Shown here one piece after another: positions 1 to 9,365 of a stretch of 64,000 nucleotides of DNA. The position numbers and the translations under genes were made by a program. The stretch is taken from the NCBI RefSeq assembly GCF_004010195.1, contig NC_057718.1, positions 49,377,239 through 49,441,238 of the forward strand, in the 5' to 3' direction. Each line of letters opens with the position of its first letter. Within the stretch, counting starts at the first letter, position 1. This DNA is from Chiloscyllium plagiosum (lineage: Eukaryota). The notes under the pieces were generated by a model that worked only from the letters and a program-made list of their open reading frames with translations, had not been told where the DNA came from and did no database searches.

Positions 1-544
1 CAAAGAGAGGCACAAGGAGTCACAGAATCAATAAGTTATTTCCTGAAATAACCTTGTTGACTTTCAATCAGAGACTCTCAGCACCACTGTACGCTCTGTC
101 AACACCTCAGAAGACATTCAGTTTTCCACACCATGTCTGGTGACAATGACTTAGTTAGAAAGAGTACACTGATAGTCATGTCCCCATGTGCCACATGTTA
201 GTGAGACCAGAAACAGGAGGATAGTACAGCTTAATACGTGACTATGTGACTATAGAGCTGCTGGAGGAGGGAGGGATTCAGATATCTGGATCAATAGAAT
301 CACTTCCTGCTTTAAAAGGATAGAATGCACCTAAACTGGAGGAACACCAATATGCCACTCAGGAAGGTTTAAGCTAGTATGCCAGGGACTGGGAACCACA
401 GCAGCAGGTCAAGTAAAGGTAGAAATAAAGGTAAGGGCTCATAATATGAATGAAGCAATGCCAGTTTAATGGACAAGGTGGGACTATAAAAAGTGTATTA
501 AGTAAGACAGGAGGGAGAAATAATAAATAGATGCTGAAGGACAG

Positions 545-685
545 GGTAGAGTGTACAGCCAAAAGCAAAGAGTGTAAAGACCAAATTAAATGAGGTGCGG
601 GCACAGATTCAAATTGGAAACTAAGATATAGTAGCCGTTATGGAGGCATGGCTGCAGGATGCTGGGGTGGCAAAATAAATATTCT
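545..685 (+). mobile_element. Decayed CR1 LINE ORF2, start of APE endonuclease (interrupted, resumes at ~2580)
   Basis: Manual translation ~AKSVKTKLNEVRAQIQIGN*DIVAVMEAWLQD resembles the CR1 APE N-terminus (NARS..NK..EL...YDI.AITETWL). Confidence 0.75.
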
Positions 686-759
686 GTTTCCTTCTCTTTT
701 TTACGTCTCTTCCCCTCTGGTCTCTTGGTGAGTTTCAGCCTCATCTCCTGGCGGACTCC

Positions 760-1200
760 AGACTGTTCTCCCAGCAGCTCCTGGTGGGTCCTGGCCTGTT
801 CTCTCAGCAGGACCTGGCGGGCCCTGGCCTTTTCACTCAGCAGGCCCTGGTGGGCCCTGGCCTGTTCTCCCAGCAGCTCCTGGTGGGCTCCGGCCTGTTC
901 TCTCAGCAGGAACTGGCGGGCCCTGGCTTGTTCACTCTGCAGGCCCTGGTGGGCCCTGGCCTGTTCTCCTGGCAGCTCCTGGTGGGCCCTGGCCTGTTCT
1001 CTCAGCAGGTCTTGGCAGGCCCCCATCTGATTTCTTTGCACATGGTGGGTTCTGGCCTGGTTTCTTGGCACGTAGTAGGCCCGGCTTAGTCTCTTGGTAT
1101 GTGGTGGGCTTCGGCCTGTTCTCTCAGCAGGTCCTGACGTGCGCCGGCCTGTTCTCGTGGCAGCTGTTGGCAGGCCCCTGCCTGATCTCTTGGTACGTGG
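760..1200. repeat. Minisatellite, ~33-bp unit (ggtgggccctggcctgttctctcagcaggnnct), 3-unit/99-bp higher-order pattern in its first part
   Basis: Units directly visible; gives the 11-aa periodicity in ORFs 659-1030 and 784-1089. Confidence 0.9.
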
Positions 1201-1765
1201 TGAGCCCTGGCCTGGTTTCTCGGCACACGATAGACCCCAACCTTTTTCTCTCGGTATGTGGTGGTCCCCAGCTTGGTCTCTTAGCATGTGTCGGGCCCTG
1301 GTCTGGTCTCTCGGCATGTGTTGGGCCCCCGTCTGGTCTCTCGGCATGTAATGGGCTCCTGCCTCATCTCTCGGCACGTGGTGGGCCCCTGCCTGGTCTC
1401 TCGGCACACGATAGGCCCCAACCTTTTTCTCTCGGTACGTGGTGGGCCCCAGCCTGGTCTCTCAGCATGTGTCGGGCCCCAGTCTGGTCTCTCAGCACAT
1501 GTTGGACTCCCGTCTGGTCTCTCAGCATGTAATGGGCTCCTGCCTGGTTCCTCGGCATGTGGTGGGCCCCTGCCTGGTCTCTTGGCACACAATAGGCCCC
1601 ACCTTTTTCTCTCGGCACGTGGTGGGCCCCGGCCTGGTCTCTCAGCATGTGTCGGGCCCCGGTTTGGTCTCTTGGCACGTGTTGGGGCCCCGTCTGGTCT
1701 CTCGGCACGTAATGGGCTTCTGCCTGGTCTCTCGGCATATGTCAGACCAGCCTGGTCTCTCAAAA
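1200..1765. repeat. Minisatellite, ~30-bp unit (gggccccngcctggtctctcggcangtgnt) in a 181-bp six-monomer higher-order repeat
   Basis: Diagnostic monomer cacac(g/a)ata...cctttttctc recurs at 1224, 1405 and 1586 (period 181). Confidence 0.92.
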
Positions 1766-2214
1766 ACTCCTGGCCAACCCCGGACTAGTTTCTTGGCATC
1801 CTGGTCTCTCTGGGGCTTCTGGCAGTGTCATGGCTCAGACTGCCCATGGATCCTGCCTGGGCATGTTCCTGAGGCACTGAGGGAGATCAGAAAGGTAGCA
1901 GTTTCAGTGGCAGTGATGGTATCTGCGGCAGTGACATCAAGAATAGACAGCAGAACGAGATAAGTGGAGGACTCATCAAAGACTGTTGAACTTTTAATTT
2001 ATTCGTTTACTTTCATAGTTTAAACAATGAAAGACTTAAATGTAAATTATTACCTATTTCTTTATTTTTCTACTATTCTATGAAGTAATACTTAACTTTT
2101 TAACTCTTGTTTCTCTTGCTACATTGTATCTAAGCTTTTTCTGTACCTAGGTGCCTTGTGTGATGAAATTATACACTTTTCACTGTATTCCTGTACCTCT
2201 GTACTTGAGTACAT

Positions 2215-2511
2215 AGAGTCATAGAGATGTACAGCATGGAAACAGACCCTTTGGTCCAACTCGTCCATGCCGCCCAGATATCCCAACCCAATCTAGTCCC
2301 ACCTGCCAGCACCCGGCCCATATCCCTCCAAACCCTTACTATTCATTTACCCATCCAAATGCCTCTTAAATGTTGCAATTGTACCAGCCTCCACCACTTC
2401 CTCTGGCAGCTCATTCCATACACATACCACCTTCTGTTTAAAAACATTGCCTCTTAGGTCTCTTATATCTTTCTCCTCTCACCCTACACCTATGCCCTCT
2501 AGTTCTAGTTC
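2215..2511 (-). mobile_element. Young CR1 (HER1-like) 3' end, 5'-truncated
   Basis: Reverse complement matches the CR1 3' end at 47600-47917, including the ctctatga-type tail. Confidence 0.9.
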
Positions 2512-2579
2512 CATGTGACAATGAAATCTAAAATGTAAAAATCTAAATCTAAATCCACAATGTAAGGATTCTGATTCTA

Positions 2580-3800
2580 AATAAACATACCAGGTTATAA
2601 TGTTTACAGAAGCAATACAGAGTGGGGATAGAGTAGCATTGCTGATTAGAAACAGAATCACTTCTATGGTAAGGAAGGATGTAATGAGGGGAAACTACCC
2701 AGTAGAAAATGTATAGGTGGAACACAAGAACTGTAAAGGAACTAAAACCACAATAGGCTTCATATATTGACCAACAATAGCAGCGCGGAAGTGCAAGATT
2801 CTATAAATGCTAAAATTAGGCAACTATGTCACAAAAGCAGAGTCATATTAATGGGGGATTTTAATCTTAACATAGACTTGGAGAGACAAACAAAGTTGGA
2901 AAGTTGGTAATTTCTAGAGTGTCTCGGGGTAATTTGACATAGATGGGCAAGTGGCCAAGCAATATTGGAATTAGTGATGAGCATTGAGTCTGAGTTAATT
3001 GGTCAAATAATGATCATAACATAGTTGAGTTTCATGTAGCATTTGTAAGAGATAATCAAAGATTGGATATTAGAATTTTGGATTTAAGTAAGGCAGACTT
3101 TAATAGGATGAGGCAGAGATTGTTGACAGTAGGTAATACTTAACTGCTACTAGGTAAAACACCCAAGGAACAGTAGAGGATGTACAAAGAAACATTTAAT
3201 GCCATTCAGGTGCAGTTTGTATCCATGAAAATGAAAAGGTCCAACTCACGTAAAAAAAAAGTTGCAGATGTCTAGGGAGATAAAGGAAAGCATAAAGGAC
3301 TTGATGGTTTCCATCCATGGGTGTTAAAGAAGATAGGTGAGCACATTGCCGATGCCCTAGCCACAATCTTTCAGAATTCGCTGGATTCAGATTTTGCACC
3401 TCTAGATTAGAAATTTTCTCACATCACTCTACTCTTCAAGAACAGTGACAGAGAGAAACCAGGGAATTACAGAGCAGTGAGCCTAACATCTCTGGTGGAG
3501 TCTATAATCAAGGATAGAGTAACTGATCACTTCGAAAAATTTCAGCTGATCAGGGAGAGTTAGTATGTATTCATGAAATATAGGTCATACCTGACAAACA
3601 TCAGAGTTTTTTAAAGAGCTGACAAAGGTAGTGGACAGAGATAAGTCAATGGATGTTGTTTATATGGACTACCAGAAAATTTTTGAAAAGGTTCCACACA
3701 AGCGACTGTTAGGTAAGGTGGAAGCCCACAAAATCGAGGGCTAATTATTGACATGGATGGGAAGTACTCAAATTAGTAGGACATGACCAGTGAAAACCTC
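2580..3800 (+). mobile_element. Decayed CR1 ORF2 (rest of APE and first part of RT), internally deleted
   Basis: NIPGYNVYR, ILMGDFN, KPGNYRAVSLTS, MDVVYMDYQK.F.KVPHKRL motifs with stops and frameshifts. Confidence 0.85.
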
Positions 3801-3857
3801 ATTCCTGCACATATCTTCGAAAGGCATATTGCAGACTATTGTTGGACAGTTACTGAG

Positions 3858-3990
3858 GATTCCTGATGAAGGGCTTTTTCCCAAAAACGTCGATTTTCCT
3901 GCTTCTCGGATGCTGCCTGACCTGCTGTGCTTTTCCAGCACCTCACTCTCAACTCTAACCTCGAGCATCTGTAGTCCTCTCTTTCGTCTA
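3858..3990 (+). mobile_element. Penelope-derived short element with mutated hammerhead core
   Basis: ctgatga agggctttttccc aaaa acgtc (GAAA changed to AAAA), then the same body as copies at 25292 and 26361. Confidence 0.8.
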
Positions 3991-4019
3991 ATTATTGAGG
4001 TATGCTCAACATACTGAAC

Positions 4020-4560
4020 ATTGCAGTTAATGCATGTCAATAACCATTGTACAAGTGGTATCTCTGATTTGCCACACAAAAGGGAGCTGTATGAAATAAT
4101 TTGTAACCAAGGTGTATACGTATTGCTGGACATGGAAAATATCAATTGTAGTCTTCCACCATGGTTCACAGGAATCTTGTGTGAAAGCAAAGGTTCTCTT
4201 GATTATTGAAACCGTTTGAAACTTTTCACACAATTTGATTAACTGATCAATGGCCTTACTATTGCTAGGCCAATATATGGAAGCATGTACCAATCTCTTT
4301 TTTTTTCTGCATCCTTTGTGATGTTAATGTGAGCAATCTAACATGTTTTGATATGGACCTTGCAGAATTATGGCTTGTTTACCTTGAAAGAGTACAATCT
4401 TGGAGAGTTCCAGTTCATCTCTGCAGGATCACAAAGACTGTGCTTGCTTGGAAACCTGTTGGATGTGTTCAGGTCTCATTTTGATAATTAACTGTTAAAG
4501 CTGCTCATCATCTGATACAGCTTGCTGAATCTGCTCTGCTCGGCTGTGTCTAAAATGTGA
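4020..4560 (-). mobile_element. Gypsy LTR retrotransposon pol remnant (tether and integrase N-terminal/core start)
   Basis: Minus-strand translation EQIQQAVSDDEQL...SCRDELELSKIVLFQGKQAII...H*HH; SIYWPSNSKAIDQLIKLCEKFQ; LSHKIP; IDIFHVQ...LVTNYF. Confidence 0.8.
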
Positions 4561-5883
4561 GAGATCAATGTTTTAGTCATGAATCTTTAGTGATGCAACC
4601 GATGGATTTGTCACCTCATGGATCATAATAAAATGTAGATCCGTGCACTTTGGCAAATTGATGGTGGACAGTCTATCTTTTTGAAAAATGCAAAAGGTTT
4701 CAGGTGAACTCCTGAGCAGCTATATTAACACTCAAGATGGATAATGCCAATGCGAGGATTGTTGAACCGATCGTGAGCAGTTAGCTTATCTTGTTTGGAA
4801 GGTACCAGGCAGTGCTAGTTTGTGGAGCACATCTCATGTACGATGTGTGAATGGAAGATATTTGCACTGATACTAATGCCAATTTTGGCATATTCTACAC
4901 ATTGACCATTCCATTTTGAGCATATCACTGAGATAGAGGTAAAGGCTCCAGGTTTTCAGATGGTGTCCATGTGATTTGTTAAGTTTATGAGATGCACTGT
5001 CTGACTGGGGTCTGCAAATTCCAACCTCTTGGAGTTTGTTGTCATATTTTTATATCATTTGTGGCACTTTGGAAACTCCTTGAGCATTATTCCATTCTTG
5101 TTTCTTCTTCACATGCTGGTGTGGAACATTATATTGTGCTTTGGGTTTCTCTGGGCAATCGAACTTCATGTGAATTTCAGATCAATGTGTTCTTGTAAAA
5201 TGCAGCTTTGCATACATGAGAAAACACTAGATCCTGTCTTAGTGTGTGTCACAGGCTACATTTTATACAAGGTTTGGATGTTCCACTGATCCTGTAATAG
5301 TTATTCCCGGACTAATCAATTGAAGGTGCTGCTGACCTGCTACAGTTGGTTGGAATTTGCATTCTTCTGTGGGCAAAGGCTCAATGGTGCATATTTTGGG
5401 TTTGCCCAGAATTGATTTTCTGAAGGATGTCATAGAGTTGGAGACAACTGCCAGCATCTCAGCTTTGTTGGCTTCAAGGAAATCGCCATTCCTATCTTTA
5501 TGATCATGAGTGGGTCAATTGTTTCACTTGGCTGTTGTCAGTGTGACACGAACCCATTTACCTGTATACTGAAATCATCTCAAACAGTTGGTTGATCTTC
5601 TAAAATCTGAAAACAAAATCTATTTTAAGTTTCTTTGCAGAATCTCAAACTTGCAGGATTCTTTTAAATTTTTCACTGCTGTCATTCTTTGTCAGTTATT
5701 TGCTGATTCAAAAAGTAGTGATTGACACTTTACTTAAACAATTTGAATTCTGACAATGTCAATGGACTGCCAGTGCATAGTGAGCTGTTTGCTTTCCATC
5801 TATTTTGTATAACTTTGTGTTCTCTAAAGTTCCAGTGTAAGAACCTGTATTTCAGTGCTGTGTAGTGTGTTTCTTTTTTGAAT

Positions 5884-5980
5884 GAAAGCTAGTGTTTTCA
5901 AATAAATCTGTTGGACAATAATCTGGTGTTGTGTGACTCTTGACCTTGCCCACCTCAGTCTCACACCAGCACCTCCACAA
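5884..5980 (+). mobile_element. Fragment of Penelope pseudo-LTR (family of 22738-22927), hammerhead 3' half only
   Basis: gaaagctagtg...caaataaatctgttggacaataatctggtgttgtgtga...cacaccagcacctcca aligns by eye with 22833-22926. Confidence 0.8.
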
Positions 5981-7049
5981 CTGATTTTCATGTGTTTGGT
6001 ATCCCTTCTTTGTAGAATTATTATCTGTTGTTGTCCCTTTAAAAATTTTAGGCTTGTTTCTGTCAGTGTCATTCATGCCAAACAAGAAGCAGAAGTAAGT
6101 CACATGTGCCTCAATTAAAGTTTCTGGCCATTTCAAGAAATAAAACTGTCAACACGTGTAAGTCATTATTCGTACTGAAAACAATCTTTTGATGCTTGAT
6201 GTAGATACTAAATTCCAAAATCAGTTTCTTACATTAGAGCTGTCTTTCAGCACTTGTGAAATTGGTGTTTAGTTTTTAAAACAAAAACAGGTGGAGTGCA
6301 CATTATGTTTCATTACAGGTTTGCTTTTTTTAGTTTTGGTTGTAATTGCAAATGCGGTTCTGATTGCTGGATATCTATGACAAAAAACAAAAATCCACAA
6401 CTGAATGCTGCCGTCACCTTTTCATCCTTCAGTGTCCACTTACTGCCATAACTAGTTATTATGACTAGCTATTAGTATTCACTTGCTGCCACCATCATTG
6501 CCAGCATGATGTACATTATTGTTTTCTATAGGTTAACCTATGTAGCCTATCCAACCAAAAACTGGGTTCTTGTTGAAACAAGTATCTTGAATTGTTACTA
6601 ATGTTGCTGTGCATAACATAAAAAGAGCTGACTGACTGAGCACAATATATCACGAGAATCCGAAGACAAGGCAGTATCTTGGTTTTGGAACATTGCTGTA
6701 ATGTCATGTAATTGCCTTAAAAATATGAGCCTGTCTAATTTGGAATCTATGCCATAATACAACTGCTCACTTCAGTTTCTTGTTAATGGTAACTCAAAGG
6801 ATCTTGATAGTGTGGGAATCAGTAATAGTAATGTTATTGAATGCCAAGAGCAAGTGTTTACATTCTCTCTCTTGCTGCACGTGGCCATTTTTTAGCTAAA
6901 TGCTTCTTACCACTTATCAGTCTAAGCTTAAATGTTGTTGAGGTCTTGTTGCACATAGGCACAGTTCCTCAGGAAAAATTATATTAAATACTTACTAGTC
7001 TAACTCCAGAGTAACTATGAAAGAGACTCCATACCTAACTTGTACACCT

Positions 7050-7810
7050 CAATTGTGTGCCCCCCAGTCACCTTACTCCTCTTCCAGAGCCTGACCTCAC
7101 TCTCCTGGCACCTGAGTACCCTTTTATCCCTTCCTATACCCTGACCCAAATCTCACCCTCTGGAACCTGACCCCTTTGCTGCTGGACCCAACCAATATGT
7201 TCCCCTCCCTCTCCCTCTTCCTGCCCACAGCAAGAGGAGCTGATCAGAGTTTACTTGGGCTTAACCCCACCCTAACCCCGCCCTCCCACCAAAAGGATCT
7301 GATTCCCCCCCAACCTTACCCTTATCAGGACTCTACCAATATTCATGGCCATCAGACCCAACCAGCCCTCTTTTTCCATTGCCAGATTTGACCGGTTAGA
7401 TTTGACCTGGCACAACCTTCCTCCTCCAGCCAAGCCTAACACGATGTACCGTTCGCCCTCAGCTGGACATGACATCACCCCCTCAAACTTGACAAGAACT
7501 CACCCAATCTCATGACCAATCCCATTTCCCCCACCCTACTCCAATTTGCTTTCCATGCTGCATCTTTTTCCGAGTCCATCTCCATCTTTCACTCTGGACT
7601 CCTGCCACCCTACGCAGCTGGTACCCTACTCACCTGGCACCTTAATTACTTGGCAATGTATCCTGTCCTCTACCACTTGGCACCATACTTACTCCTCACC
7701 TTAGCATCTTACCCATTTAGCACCTGGGGCATATTATGAGCCACCCATTTGACAGACCTACTTTCCCAGCATCTTAATATCCCATTTACCTGAGAAATCC
7801 TTTTCACCAA
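7050..7810. repeat. C-rich, strand-skewed low-complexity tract with recurrent cacct/cctgacc motifs
   Basis: Composition shift visible; probably a decayed tandem repeat. Confidence 0.55.
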
Positions 7811-7879
7811 CCTGATCAGAGATGTCTGGAGCAGTGTGATATTGTCACTCCCCAGGAAACCTGGCCCAATTCATTGTAT

Positions 7880-8012
7880 ATTGAGAGTGTGATGCTGGAA
7901 AAGCACAGCAGGACAGGCAGCATCTGAGAAGCAGGAGAATCAACATTTCAAGCAGAAACCCCGATGAAGGGGCTTGACTCTGATCTCCAGCATCTGCAGT
8001 CCTCACTTCCTC
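7880..8012. mobile_element. Penelope-derived short element, rearranged (inverted halves), with ~14-bp TSD
   Basis: Body as 26234-26441; flanks ccaattcattgtat (7866-7879) and ccaatccattgtat (8013-8026). Confidence 0.8.
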
Positions 8013-8349
8013 CCAATCCATTGTATGTCAAGTATTAAAAAAGAAGGCTTGGTCAGTACATTTGTAGCAATGGAAATTGCCAGCGTCTATGGCAGGGGCT
8101 GCACAAAGATTTTGCTGAGTTAGGAATAAACAGCAATTCATTAAAATAATCAAAATGGGTGAGGGGTTTCTGGCGAATCAAACAACAATTAGCAAACCTC
8201 TGAATATTTTATAGAAATCGTTTGCTGCTTTTGGATTTTCCAGCGGAAATTGTGTCCAAAAACAGACTTAAGTTTTGTTTATGAGAAAATATGGCTCCAC
8301 CACATTACTCTGGAGCAGTAGAGTGTACAGTACAACTTGTTCATTGTTC

Positions 8350-9160
8350 CTTTCTCAAGGAAGCCAATCTGAAGAAGTGTCCACTTTAGTTGGATATAAT
8401 AGGTAAAATTTCTGTTTATTGATAATAACAGCTATCACAACACTACCAGCAGAGCACCAGCAGAATTGTTTCAGAGAATATGAGGTATATTTAGTAAAGT
8501 CAATAAAAGAGAAACTGTCAAAGCAGAATAAGAGTCATGATACAAGTGGACTAAGAGTCTGAGATTAAACTTGAAGGTCGGGTGAGGATTCATCATTATT
8601 AGTTTCTACCAGGAAGAATCATAAAAATGTATGGCTCATGCACATATGCTTATTGGTGGAAAGGTTAGGTTTATATATATGTCGTGTTGCATCTTAAGAG
8701 TTCATGAAAAAAGAGGGAATTAAAAAGAATGAACTGTGCCTAATTAATCTGATAGTTTGGATGCAAGTAGTGTACCAAGAGTTATTTCAACATACGTCAT
8801 GCCAGAAACCAAAACAACAGAAAGTCGAGATCAAATCTAATTCAGTCAGACGGGCAGGCAGTGCAGCATTAAATGAAAGGCCAAAATCAAAATCAGACTT
8901 TTTTGGAGAAGACTTTTACTCATGCTCAGGCCAAGATGGGTCAAGATCTTTCCACAAGTTTAGGTCAGAGAAGGAAGTATTCTCTTTGGAATAGAAAAAC
9001 ATTTGTTAAATTTGATTTATGAATAAAAGAAAACAAGGAAATGCTTTCAAATTCACTGGAAATTGAGAAAGGCTGAGACAAATTAAATTTTATATGTTAA
9101 TACAAAAAGATGTTAAGAAGACAATGGGGTTAATTGATTTGTTAGCTTTAAAGGGTGGAT
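8350..9160 (+). mobile_element. Very decayed Copia RT/RNase H-like region ending in a polypurine tract
   Basis: Weak motif echoes in the expected order (YEVYLVK, EDSSLL, AHAH..LIGG, LINLIVW, ELF...PK...NSVRR, GQDGS, KENKEML, LIDLLALKGG); purine-rich aaagggtgga at 9150-9159. Confidence 0.45.
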
Positions 9161-9161
9161 A

Positions 9162-9271
9162 TGTCAGGTTGGAGTGTGGAAGGAGCAATAGAACTGAATC
9201 GTTCATAAATTTTATCAACAAGGAAAGATCTCATGGTTTCCATTTTGCCAACTGGCTTGGTTCCAAATTCA
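9162..9271 (+). repeat. Putative short Copia LTR (TG...CA, 110 bp)
   Basis: Starts tg just after the PPT-like tract and ends ca 3 nt before the PBS. No second copy in the window. Confidence 0.45.
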
Positions 9272-9274
9272 TAT

Positions 9275-9292
9275 TGGTAGTAAAGGATGCTT
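9275..9292 (+). other. Primer-binding site complementary to initiator tRNA-Met 3' end
   Basis: tggtagtaaaggatgctt vs TGGTAGCAGAGGATGGTT (15/18), ~75 bp upstream of the gag ATG at 9366. Confidence 0.7.
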
Positions 9293-9365
9293 GAAAAAAA
9301 CCTTAAGATTGAGAACTAAGTGTTCTTTCTGACAGAAGATTATAATTGGTGTCACTTGGAAATGA

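Larger units (their letters stand above)
686..2565 (+). mobile_element. Non-autonomous retro-element-like insertion containing a GC-rich minisatellite and ending in a LINE-type tail
   Basis: Splits the CR1 APE. Ends in cacttttcactgta...gagtacat/gtgacaatgaaatctaaa...(tctaaa)n, a tail also seen at 37231-37243/40424-40460. Family assignment (Rex1/Babar- or L2-like tail) is inference. Confidence 0.55.

Noticed and set aside
760..1765. CRISPR-like array
   Set aside because: Units are contiguous and diverged with no unique spacers; eukaryotic context, no cas genes.
586..1963. Long overlapping ORFs (up to 273 aa) with 10/11-aa periodicity on both strands
   Set aside because: By-product of stop-poor 30/33-bp repeat units; open in many frames at once and located inside a repeat insertion.
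8704..8994. 96-aa ORF as a host gene
   Set aside because: No splice context or recognisable host domain; better explained as decayed Copia RT/RH.
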